A DNA stretch of 39,979 bases from an uncultured Pseudomonadales bacterium (lineage in GTDB: Bacteria > Patescibacteriota > Microgenomatia > UBA1400 > PJMF01), in NCBI GenBank assembly GCA_964423285.1, contig CAYREI010000005.1:1-39979 (forward strand), in the 5' to 3' direction. The translations under genes were made by a program, and so were the position numbers. The notes beneath the pieces were generated by a model. That model was not told where the DNA came from, did no database searches, and saw only the letters and a program-made list of their open reading frames with translations. Positions 32,771-39,979 of this stretch are shown here, piece by piece (positions within the stretch are counted from its first letter, which is position 1; every line of letters starts with the position of its first letter).

Positions 32771-33400
32771 ATGTCAGGACCAAAACCAGGAGTGAGACCA
32801 AGACCAATGGGTGGGTTTAATCAGGGGATGGGAAACTCAAGCGAACATTTGGATGAGGCAGCTGTGAAGGCTGCTAGCAAACAAAAACAACTCAATCAAA
32901 AGCAAAGCAGTACTGATCCAGCCTCAGGCAAGAGTGGTACTAATCCTTTATTACCTCAGACAGATGCTAAATCAGAAAAACCTAGAGAAGTTGGATCTAT
33001 TAAAGATGAATTAGTCAAAAGACCACTGAAGGATATTGAAAAAGGCCTGAGTAGTTTTTTTGATCTTAATGCTTTGTTTAACATTGATGTAAAAGATACT
33101 CCTGAGGAACAAGCTAAAAAGAAAAGCTTACACCAACGCTTTCAAAAATTAACTGAGGAGCAAAAAACTGTAGCTCAAAAAAAATATCAGGAAGAGATGC
33201 AAAAGAAAAAAACAGAACAAGAAGAAGAGCAACAGAAAAAAGAGGAAGAAGAAGCTAGAGAAAAAGCAACCATAGCACCTCCTTCAAGTCCTAAAAAAGG
33301 ACCGGTGGGTCCATTTTGGGGACAGTCTAAAAAACAAAAAACTCAAACCATGCTTCAACAATCTCGACAAGGATTAGGTCAGGTAGGAAAGAAATATTAG
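32771..33400 (+). CDS. Hypothetical Lys/Glu/Gln-rich protein (209 aa)
   Basis: ORF starting 3 nt after the previous stop. Low-complexity charged composition. Confidence 0.45.
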   Translation: MSGPKPGVRPRPMGGFNQGMGNSSEHLDEAAVKAASKQKQLNQKQSSTDPASGKSGTNPLLPQTDAKSEKPREVGSIKDELVKRPLKDIEKGLSSFFDLNALFNIDVKDTPEEQAKKKSLHQRFQKLTEEQKTVAQKKYQEEMQKKKTEQEEEQQKKEEEEAREKATIAPPSSPKKGPVGPFWGQSKKQKTQTMLQQSRQGLGQVGKKY

Positions 33401-33421
33401 AGATATAATCTTTTTTAAATT

Positions 33422-34843
33422 ATGAAACTTTTTAATTCTTTAACCAGAAAAATAGAAAAAATCATTCCATTGAGAGCGCCTCACTTAGGTTTTTATGCCT
33501 GTGGATTTACTGTTTATGACTATGCTCATATTGGCCACCTGCGACGCTATACCATGGATGATGTTTTGCTTAGAACTCTTAAACAAGCTGGGTTTGAAGT
33601 TAATTTTGTTCAGAACATAACTGATGTTGGTCAGTTAGTTTCTGATGCCGATGAGGGTGAGGATAAAATGGAAAAAGGGGCCAAGAAATACCAAACCACA
33701 GTCTGGGAATTAGCTAAAAAGTTTGAAAACTACTTTTTTTATTCTATGGATAAGATGGGCAATCTGAGGCCAGATGTGAGTTGTAGAGCAACTGAGCATA
33801 TTCCAGAGCAAATAGAGCTAGTTAAAAAATTAGAAAAAAATGGTTACACCTATGTGATTGATGGAGATGGAGTGTATTTTGACACCAGTAAATTAGATGA
33901 TTATGGCGAAATAGCTCAATTAGATATCAAAAATCTTAAAGAAGGGGCTCGAGTTGATAAAGTCGTTGGTAAGCGTAATCTAACAGATTTTGTGTTATGG
34001 AAGTTTGAGCGTAAAGGTGAAAATAGAGCCATGGTATGGCCGAGTCCTTGGGCGGAGCGTGGTTTTCCTGGTTGGCATATTGAATGTAGTGCCATGAGCA
34101 TGAAGTATCTTGGTGATCAATTTGACATTCATACTGGAGGCAAAGATCATCTTACTATTCATCATCCAAATGAGATTGCCCAAAGTGAAGCAGCTACAGG
34201 TAAAAAATCATTTGTTAAGTATTGGGTGCATCACAACTTCGTTCAAGTTGAGGGTGAAAAGATGAGTAAATCTTTAGAAAATTTCTTTACTATCGATGAT
34301 GTTGAGCAGCGCGGATATCATCCATTGGCTTTGCGACTGTTATTCTTAACCGCTCATTATCGTAGTGAAATTAATTTTACTTGGGATAATTTGGCTGGAG
34401 CACAAAAAAGTTATCAGAAATTGATTGATTTGGTGTTAAAACTTAAAGGCGATAAGGGAGAGGCTGAAGGCGGCGATGATTATCGACAACGATTTTTTGA
34501 TTTCATGGAGAATGATCTTAGAACCCCAGAGGCATTAGCAGTAATGTGGGAGGTGACTAAATCTGACTTATCAAAGGCTACTAAGCTAAAATTATTATTA
34601 GAATTTGATCAAGTATTGGGGTTGGGATTAAATAAGGCTGAGGAGATTAACAAAGAGCTGGGGGTTGGGGAAGTAGATCTAAATAGTTTATCAACTGAGA
34701 TTAAAGACCTATTGGATCAGCGTCAACAGGCTCGAGATAATCAAGATTTTGAAAAAGCCGATCAACTCCGTCAGCAGCTTCAATCGCTAGGTTATTTGGT
34801 TAAAGACACCCCTCAAGGTCAAAAAATTAGTAAATTAAAGTAA
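33422..34843 (+). CDS. cysS: Cysteine--tRNA ligase
   Basis: HIGH motif (YAHIGHLR), KMSKS, and WPSPWAERGFPGWHIEC, the characteristic CysRS zinc-site region. Confidence 0.95.
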   Translation: MKLFNSLTRKIEKIIPLRAPHLGFYACGFTVYDYAHIGHLRRYTMDDVLLRTLKQAGFEVNFVQNITDVGQLVSDADEGEDKMEKGAKKYQTTVWELAKKFENYFFYSMDKMGNLRPDVSCRATEHIPEQIELVKKLEKNGYTYVIDGDGVYFDTSKLDDYGEIAQLDIKNLKEGARVDKVVGKRNLTDFVLWKFERKGENRAMVWPSPWAERGFPGWHIECSAMSMKYLGDQFDIHTGGKDHLTIHHPNEIAQSEAATGKKSFVKYWVHHNFVQVEGEKMSKSLENFFTIDDVEQRGYHPLALRLLFLTAHYRSEINFTWDNLAGAQKSYQKLIDLVLKLKGDKGEAEGGDDYRQRFFDFMENDLRTPEALAVMWEVTKSDLSKATKLKLLLEFDQVLGLGLNKAEEINKELGVGEVDLNSLSTEIKDLLDQRQQARDNQDFEKADQLRQQLQSLGYLVKDTPQGQKISKLK

Positions 34844-35500
34844 TTTTTGTTGTTGAAAAGATAAATAACTATCTTTGGTTACGATTAGGTGGTCTAACAA
34901 GCTTATCCCTAGTAATTCACCTGCTTTTTTTAATTTTGTGGTAGTTATGATGTCATCTTGGCTTGGATGTGGATCACCAGAAGGATGGTTGTGAGCCAGG
35001 ATTATACTTCGACAAGGAAGCTTGATTGCTGGAGCGAAAACGTCTCGTGGCTCAACACTTTGAGTGTTAACATTTCCAACAGCTAAAATTTCTTTAGCCA
35101 TGAGTTCATAGCGGGCATTTAAATATAATCCGATGAGTTGTTCGCGATGACTAGTGCGGATTTCATTAATTTCACGCAATACATCTTCTGGTTTAAGTAA
35201 TCTAGGCTTAAGTTTGAGGCTGTGGAAACGCTTTCCTAGCTCAAGTGTAGCCATAATTTTTGCTGCTTGAATTTGGCCAATACCATGAATAGTGGCTAAT
35301 TGTTTGAGGGTAGCAGTAGAAAGATTAGGACCGAATTTAGTTAAGATTTGTTTGGCTAAAGAAAGCACGTTTTTTTTAGTGGTTCCAGAACCTAAGATCA
35401 CTGCTAAAAGTTCGGCCTGAGTAAGATTGTGAGGACCAGTAGAGAGTAAACGTTCTCGAGGACGTTTAGTTTTAGAGATCAGTAAAATAGATTTAGCCAT
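34835..35500 (-). CDS. radC: RadC-family (JAMM) protein
   Basis: HhH region (IHGIGQIQAAKI) and the JAMM motif HNHPSGDPHPSQDD. ATG 35500 (MAKSILL) is preferred over the GTG at 35518 in the ORF track. Confidence 0.85.
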   Translation of the reverse strand: MAKSILLISKTKRPRERLLSTGPHNLTQAELLAVILGSGTTKKNVLSLAKQILTKFGPNLSTATLKQLATIHGIGQIQAAKIMATLELGKRFHSLKLKPRLLKPEDVLREINEIRTSHREQLIGLYLNARYELMAKEILAVGNVNTQSVEPRDVFAPAIKLPCRSIILAHNHPSGDPHPSQDDIITTTKLKKAGELLGISLLDHLIVTKDSYLSFQQQKLL

Positions 35501-35555
35501 GAAAGAAGTAAAACACACTAAGATTACAGGAAGTGTAGTGATAAAAAATTAAAAT

Positions 35556-35960
35556 TTAGTTATACCCGAAATTTTTTTGTTCTCGGCAAATTCTTGTTAA
35601 AATCAACTCAATCTCTTTTTTAGAGCTCAAGCTATTGATTATTCCTAACTTTTTACCCCAATAAGTACCAGGGATGAAATTAGTTTTATGATCTAGATCA
35701 ATAGCAAAAATAAGAGGAATTAGGTATGTGCTAGAATTAGATCGCTCTTTAAGTGTTTCTAATAGGTGAAAAATTTGTGGTGGAGAATAGCTACTACTAA
35801 TAATAACTAAATCTGGTGTTTTATCATGCAGATATTGAGTCGCTTTTTGAGCTGACTTAATATGAAGAGTATGGTTATCTTGAGGTAAAAAATTATAAGG
35901 TTTAGCTAGGTCTGGCTTTGGTTCTACAATCAAGATACTATTAAGTTTTAGAATGGACAT
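35556..35960 (-). CDS. Receiver-like (pseudo-receiver) domain protein
   Basis: REC-like layout (ILIVEPKPD..., DLVIISSSY..., IPLIFAI). The acidic pocket (DD) and the phospho-acceptor Asp position appear to be replaced by EP and S. Confidence 0.5.
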   Translation of the reverse strand: MSILKLNSILIVEPKPDLAKPYNFLPQDNHTLHIKSAQKATQYLHDKTPDLVIISSSYSPPQIFHLLETLKERSNSSTYLIPLIFAIDLDHKTNFIPGTYWGKKLGIINSLSSKKEIELILTRICREQKNFGYN

Positions 35961-36029
35961 GTATTTATTAGAGTTAATTCTACTCTAATTAGAATACGAT
36001 TAGGCATAAGGGGAGTCAAGGACCCAAGT

Positions 36030-36335
36030 ATGAAAAAAAAATTAAATATTGGCCAAAAAATTCGTTACGCCAGGACAGAAGCAGGCTTAAGCCAGAAAGA
36101 GTTGGCCAATCAACTTCAACTATCTGATAAAGCAATTAGTACTTACGAAGTAGGGCGAGCTCAACCCGGCATAGAAGTGTTAAGGGATATAGGTCAAGCT
36201 ACTGGGAGGCCAGTAACTTATTTTATTGATGAAGAAGGAGTAGAGGAGATTGATTTTGCTGTTAAAATTAAGAAGATTGAGAAAGAGTTAGCTGGTATTA
36301 AAAAAGCTTTACAAGAGAAAGGATATCAAGTATGA
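36030..36335 (+). CDS. XRE-family HTH transcriptional regulator
   Basis: IGQKIRYARTEAGLSQKELANQLQLSDKAISTYEVGRAQP is a canonical Cro/C1 HTH. Confidence 0.8.
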   Translation: MKKKLNIGQKIRYARTEAGLSQKELANQLQLSDKAISTYEVGRAQPGIEVLRDIGQATGRPVTYFIDEEGVEEIDFAVKIKKIEKELAGIKKALQEKGYQV

Positions 36336-36529
36336 GTAAAAAAATTAAAAAATTACGCCGTTCTATAAAAGACAGAAAAATAGCAGGTGTGTGCGCTGGT
36401 ATTGCTGATTATTTTGGAGTAGATGTAGTAGTGACCAGAGCAATTTTTATTTTATTGTTAATTCCAGGTGGTTTTCCAGGACTATTTCCCTACCTTTTAC
36501 TCTGGATCGTGATTCCAGAAAAAGAATAG
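36332..36529 (+). CDS. PspC-domain membrane protein
   Basis: RSIKDRKIAGVCAGIADYFGVDVVVTRAIFILL matches the PspC domain signature. ATGA overlap with the HTH gene. Confidence 0.8.
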   Translation: MSKKIKKLRRSIKDRKIAGVCAGIADYFGVDVVVTRAIFILLLIPGGFPGLFPYLLLWIVIPEKE

Positions 36530-36644
36530 TATTATCTTAACTGTGGTTTTAGTTGCTGTTTTTCTGAAAAAAACTGATAATTTATGGCGTAAGATTGTGG
36601 TTGTTTTATTGTGTATGACGGGGTTGATGTTGGTGGTGTAATTT

Positions 36645-37601
36645 TTATTGTTTTTCCATTACTACGTAACCAGTTAAGAGTGGAGGACAAGGATTTTGAT
36701 CTATACCATTTGGATAAAAATTCAATCTCCCATTAATATGCTCGGCATAACCATTTTGAGAAATGGTTTTTTTATCAATCAGTTTCATTTTAATTTTATG
36801 CTTAATTAGCAATTTCTTAATATGTTCTGCGTATTGATCTACAGAGAAGTACGCGTAGCGTTCCTTGATTTCATCTGTATATCGATGTGACCAGCTAAAA
36901 TGTCCAGCAATCTCTAAAGCGTCTTTCATAGTTACTTTTAACTGAGTGCCTTTAGTGATATTTTTTGGTAGTTGTTGTTTTAGATATAACAAATTAGCAC
37001 CTTTGAAATCATTAACAAATCGTTTCAAAAAATCAGCTGGATCGCATGGATCATTAGGATGTTTTTCTCCAACTATTAGTTTTATCACTTGATCTGTTTG
37101 TGGATATTGCATGAAATCACGAACAACTAGTCTGCCACCAGGAACTAGAACTCTCTGAGCTTCAAGAAAAAAACGATTGACATTCTTACCAAAGGTAAAC
37201 TGGTCACCAAAAGTAGCTATCTCATGTATAACTGATGAGGCAACGATAGCAGAAACACAATTATTTTTTAAAGGCATGGAATTTGCTGTGGCGGCGATAC
37301 ACTCGATAGTTGGAGTTTCAACCTCAACTTTGCGCTGATTGTGTTGCAGGTTTTCGATCATGGGTAGAGAATAATCAATAGCTAGTATTTTTTGATCATA
37401 AAAATTTTTTAACATCTCTCGTTCTAAGGCGCCACCACCAGGACCAATGCTCAGTATTTTTTTAGTTGAAGTCTTAATATCTTGTATATATGGAAAAATA
37501 TTTTGAGCTTTTTCACTTAAGCTACTATTCATCCTTTCACGATAGATTTGCAATGTCTCGGATTCTAATTGGGGAGCTGAACAGTTTGTTTTTGATTCCA
37601 C
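36645..37601 (-). CDS. Class I SAM-dependent methyltransferase
   Basis: Motif I (ILSIGPGGGALE), motif II (ILAIDYS), AIVASSVIHE and LVPGGRLVVRD. The substrate is unknown. Confidence 0.8.
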   Translation of the reverse strand: MESKTNCSAPQLESETLQIYRERMNSSLSEKAQNIFPYIQDIKTSTKKILSIGPGGGALEREMLKNFYDQKILAIDYSLPMIENLQHNQRKVEVETPTIECIAATANSMPLKNNCVSAIVASSVIHEIATFGDQFTFGKNVNRFFLEAQRVLVPGGRLVVRDFMQYPQTDQVIKLIVGEKHPNDPCDPADFLKRFVNDFKGANLLYLKQQLPKNITKGTQLKVTMKDALEIAGHFSWSHRYTDEIKERYAYFSVDQYAEHIKKLLIKHKIKMKLIDKKTISQNGYAEHINGRLNFYPNGIDQNPCPPLLTGYVVMEKQ

Positions 37602-37664
37602 GAGTCTGATTGTATCATGGAGCCAGGTAGTAATTTTTTACTTTCTCGATATATAATAGCTCTC

Positions 37665-38747
37665 ATGTCACTTAATATCGGAATCGTTGGTTTGCCTAAT
37701 GTGGGCAAATCAACCCTATTTAACGCTCTGCTCAAACAGCAATTAGCCCTGGCTGCTAACTATCCCTTTGCTACCATTGAGCCCAATGTAGGCGTAGTAC
37801 CTGTACCAGATGAGAGATTGGCTAAATTAGCAAAAATTGTGAATACAGAGGTGATTAAACCAGCCACAGTTGAGTTTGTGGATATTGCTGGCTTGGTCAA
37901 AGGCGCACATGAGGGGGAAGGATTAGGCAATCAATTTTTAGCTCGGATCCGTGAAGTAGATTTAATTTGTCATGTCTTGAGGGATTTTAGTGATGAAAAC
38001 GTATTGCGAGAGGGGAGTGTGGATGCTAAGACTGATCGGGAAACGATTGAGATGGAGTTACTATTAGCAGATTTAGATACGCTAGAAAAGCAAAGAGAAC
38101 CCAAAGCTAGCAAAGATAAATTGGAACTAAGAAAGTGGGAAATTATTACTCAATTTACAGAAAAAGCTCGTATTGGTCAATTAATTATGGAAGTGATAAA
38201 AAGCGAAGATGAAAGACAGTTAGCGCAGGAACTAAACCTACTAACAGCTAAAAAGATTATCTATGTAGTGAATGTAGATGAGGATAAAGTTAGAGATTCT
38301 AAGGGTTTGATGGTGAGTTGGGCAGAGAAACTAGGGGTAGAAGTAGGGGAGGTGGTGATTATTAGTGCCCAAATTGAGAGTGAATTGGCAAGTTTAAGTG
38401 ATGAAGATCAAGTATTGTACTTGAGGGATTTGGGAGTTAATGAGAGTGGGTTGGAAAGATTGATTAAAAAAGCCTATCAACAATTAAGTTTACAGAGTTT
38501 TTTAACTGCTGGAGAGCTGGAGGTTAGAGCTTGGACAGTTAAATCTGGATCTACCGCGCCTGAGGCTGCAGGGGTGATTCATAGTGATTTTGAAAAGAAT
38601 TTCATCAAGGCTAGGGTGGTAGACTATGCAGATTTTGTGAAATATTCGGGTTGGAAGGGTGTGAAAGAGGTAGGAAAAATGAGATTAGAAGGACGAGACT
38701 ACCAGATGAAAGAGGGTGATGTAGTTGAGTTTATGATAGGGAAGTAG
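37665..38747 (+). CDS. ychF: Redox-regulated ATPase YchF
   Basis: MSLNIGIVGLPNVGKSTLFNAL, the YchF/OLA1 coiled-coil insert and a C-terminal TGS domain. ATG 37665 is preferred, because the ORF-track start at 37617 adds 16 non-conserved residues. Confidence 0.95.
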   Translation: MSLNIGIVGLPNVGKSTLFNALLKQQLALAANYPFATIEPNVGVVPVPDERLAKLAKIVNTEVIKPATVEFVDIAGLVKGAHEGEGLGNQFLARIREVDLICHVLRDFSDENVLREGSVDAKTDRETIEMELLLADLDTLEKQREPKASKDKLELRKWEIITQFTEKARIGQLIMEVIKSEDERQLAQELNLLTAKKIIYVVNVDEDKVRDSKGLMVSWAEKLGVEVGEVVIISAQIESELASLSDEDQVLYLRDLGVNESGLERLIKKAYQQLSLQSFLTAGELEVRAWTVKSGSTAPEAAGVIHSDFEKNFIKARVVDYADFVKYSGWKGVKEVGKMRLEGRDYQMKEGDVVEFMIGK

Positions 38748-38759
38748 TGAATCTTGAGT

Positions 38760-39008
38760 TTACTGCTTCGGACTATTAATTACTTTTTCTATATATGGGA
38801 GTGCTTCTTTTAATGTAATTTTATCAATCGGTTTACCGAGTAAAGTACTGAGTTGCTCTGCAACTAGACTATTTGTTTGCATTAATTGAGGGATATTTTC
38901 AATTCCCCACACAGCTTCTGCTCTAAGTTTAGTGTTAGCGTCAACCTTTTTACCTTTTCTATCCCCTTCAGGCAAACCATCTTTCTCCTTTTGTGGTTTT
39001 TCTGTCAT
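38760..39008 (-). CDS. Hypothetical protein (82 aa)
   Basis: ORF only. No domain recognised. Confidence 0.45.
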   Translation of the reverse strand: MTEKPQKEKDGLPEGDRKGKKVDANTKLRAEAVWGIENIPQLMQTNSLVAEQLSTLLGKPIDKITLKEALPYIEKVINSPKQ

Positions 39009-39070
39009 GTTTGCAGTTTATCATTATTGATAAGTTTTTGCATTTATTTTAAGAAAATAGTCCTATAATA

Positions 39071-39099
39071 TTGACATTTTGGATATATTTTGATATATT
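39071..39099 (+). promoter_or_regulatory. Candidate sigma70 promoter for 39184-39444
   Basis: TTGACA (39071-39076), a 17-nt spacer, then TATATT (39094-39099). It overlaps three 10-bp-phased GATATA-like boxes (39083-39108). Confidence 0.4.
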
Positions 39100-39108
39100 T
39101 TGAATATT

Positions 39109-39171
39109 GTCTCTCTGGAAGGGGGATCGTTACGACCACTGCGGTTGTAACTGATCCAAATTTAAAGAGAC
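39109..39171 (+). promoter_or_regulatory. Structured 5' leader (nested hairpin)
   Basis: Outer stem: GTCTCT (39109-39114) pairs with AGAGAC (39166-39171). Inner stem: GGATCGTTAC (39124-39133) pairs with GTAAC-T-GATCC (39147-39157), extended by ACC/GGT. SD AAGGAGGAG follows at 39172-39180. Confidence 0.4.
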
Positions 39172-39183
39172 AAGGAGGAGACG

Positions 39184-39444
39184 ATGGGGAAAAATTTTTT
39201 CTCTGCAGTGTGGGTGGTAATAGCAATTGCTGTGATAATCCTTATAGGAATAGGAGTCGCGGCAGATAGTGACCCCAAGCAGGGGTTGGCAAATGAATGC
39301 CTACAAGGGCTTCAAGAAGCTTGCGTTTATTGGCAAGCTCTTGAAGAATTAAAAATGGTCGAGGCAGTGGTTGCTGATGCAAAAAGCAGCTACGAAGCTG
39401 CCATTGCACCAACACCGCCAACCCAATCAATCCTGGATTCATGA
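39184..39444 (+). CDS. Small membrane-anchored protein (86 aa)
   Basis: Strong SD, an N-terminal TM helix (FFSAVWVVIAIAVIILIGIGVAA) and a terminator immediately downstream. Confidence 0.6.
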   Translation: MGKNFFSAVWVVIAIAVIILIGIGVAADSDPKQGLANECLQGLQEACVYWQALEELKMVEAVVADAKSSYEAAIAPTPPTQSILDS

Positions 39445-39490
39445 AAACTGAATCCATGATCCCCGCCTCATTTTATATGAGGTGGGGATC
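39435..39490 (+). terminator. Tandem hairpins / Rho-independent terminator
   Basis: GGATTCA-TGAAAAC-TGAATCC (39435-39455, spanning the stop codon), then GATCCCCGCCTCA-TTTTATA-TGAGGTGGGGATC (39458-39490, 13 bp with one G-T pair), followed by a T-rich tract. Confidence 0.7.
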
Positions 39491-39527
39491 TAAACTTTAT
39501 TTATTTCTCCCCAGGCTATCTTTCATA

Positions 39528-39536
39528 TGTTACAAT
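39528..39536 (+). promoter_or_regulatory. Extended -10 promoter element upstream of rpsF
   Basis: TGTTACAAT (TGnTAnAAT) about 95 nt upstream of the rpsF ATG. Confidence 0.45.
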
Positions 39537-39552
39537 ACCTCTAGTTAAAAAA

Positions 39553-39615
39553 CTTGATATGCTTTCCTACCAGAGGTAGGATCCAAGATAATAATATCCT
39601 TTCCAGGCATACAAG
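39553..39615 (+). promoter_or_regulatory. Structured rpsF 5' leader
   Basis: CTTGATATGC (39553-39562) pairs with GCATACAAG (39607-39615), one bulged A. This encloses the hairpin CCTACC-AGA-GGTAGG (39566-39580). Confidence 0.35.
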
Positions 39616-39630
39616 ATCAGAAAGGTCAAA

Positions 39631-39979
39631 ATGATCAAAATTATTGCTGACAAGCAGTCTAAGCTCTACGAGCTGACATATTTACTTCCTGTAGATTTCA
39701 CAGATGCAAAGCGAGCTACGGTTAGTGAGTCTATCCTCAAGTTAATTACCAAACACAAGGGTAAAGTTTTGCAAACCCAAGATTGGGGCAAGAAAGAACT
39801 GGCTTATAAAATCAAGCATCAGGGAAAATTTTGCTTTGAAGCAGTCTACACCCATCAAATAATTAAGTTTTCACCAGCTAAAGTTCAAGCTTTCGAAAAG
39901 GAATTATTACTAGAAGAACAGCTTATGCGTCATCTAGTAGTAGTTAGTGAAAATCAATCAGAGAAGTCAATAGAAGAAG
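39631..39979 (+). CDS. rpsF: 30S ribosomal protein S6 (3' end outside window)
   Basis: My translation, MIKIIADKQSKLYELTYLLPVDFTDAKRATVSESILKLITKHKGKVLQTQDWGKKELAYKIKHQGKF..., shows the S6 pattern (YE..yl......, WG.r.LAY.I). The frame is open to the window edge. Confidence 0.9.
   Translation, partial: MIKIIADKQSKLYELTYLLPVDFTDAKRATVSESILKLITKHKGKVLQTQDWGKKELAYKIKHQGKFCFEAVYTHQIIKFSPAKVQAFEKELLLEEQLMRHLVVVSENQSEKSIEE

Noticed and set aside
911-39457. Many ORF-track entries lie antisense to or nested within longer conserved genes: 911-1108, 1844-2083, 2209-2409, 3093-3320, 3693-3893, 4913-5119, 7934-8128, 8240-8476, 8816-9016, 10417-10608, 10442-10630, 10683-10919, 13045-13287, 13684-13920, 13780-13980, 15232-15423, 15284-15466, 22198-22407, 23205-23390, 23499-23684, 25364-25567, 27145-27333, 27466-27732, 28986-29186, 29134-29346, 29877-30086, 30949-31131, 33916-34101, 33995-34183, 38886-39068, 39044-39226, 39242-39457.
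   Set aside because: Each overlaps a longer ORF that has recognisable motifs or better start signals. They have odd composition, lack SDs and promoters, and are the usual shadow ORFs of AT-rich DNA.
1-39979. Alternative genetic code with TGA recoded, as in some CPR lineages
   Set aside because: Conserved genes (topA, mreC, mreD, the XRE regulator at 36030-36335) end at TGA at the expected lengths, often in ATGA overlaps with the next gene. No conserved gene requires read-through of TGA.

Overview
This is an AT-rich, tightly packed bacterial chromosomal window. It uses the standard genetic code: TGA serves as a stop, and several gene pairs show ATGA stop/start overlaps. The gene content and style suggest a small-genome, CPR/Patescibacteria-like organism, but that placement is inference only.

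From about 9.5 kb to 40 kb the window is mostly ordinary housekeeping:
- an MBL hydrolase, an M50 protease, rpmB, and a def-fmt operon behind an O-antigen-ligase/TPR gene
- an mreB-like/mreC/mreD/PBP2 cluster, then dprA, topA, nadD and nadE
- a large dTTP/deoxynucleotide cluster: cytidylyltransferase, extended dCMP deaminase, thyA plus a HIT protein, dut, DHFR, a dNK-like kinase and a DNPH1-like::tmk fusion
- recR, hpf, cysS, radC, an XRE-PspC pair, a methyltransferase, ychF and the start of rpsF

The outlier is the first 4.3 kb. Eight same-orientation copies of a 60-125 nt repeat, plus a 10-nt terminal remnant, divide it into cassettes.
- **Repeat structure:** most copies have a conserved non-promoter core, TAGGTT-NN-AAC...GTCCACTAGTCCCTGCAG, followed by three GATATA boxes phased at 10 bp and a sigma70-like promoter. 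Some also carry a 5'UTR with an SD.
- **Cargo:** each cassette holds unrelated small ORFs: a histidine phosphatase, a free-standing RpoA-CTD-like protein and several orphans.
- **Homology limits:** similarity between cassettes stops at the start codon on one side and can reach into the last codons of the upstream ORF on the other.
- **Context:** I do not recognise this architecture as CRISPR, a classical attC integron or a REP/MITE element. No recombinase is visible in the window. An OmpR-type two-component system lies immediately downstream.

Other accessory or decay signals:
- an Nramp-like gene remnant
- a HigB/Gp49-like toxin with an in-frame core deletion next to an intact XRE antitoxin
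- a two-gene orphan islet at 14.7-15.4 kb
- an mreB-like gene with degenerate ATP-binding motifs
- structured leaders at 39.1 kb and upstream of rpsF

No rRNA gene, tRNA gene or CRISPR array was found.
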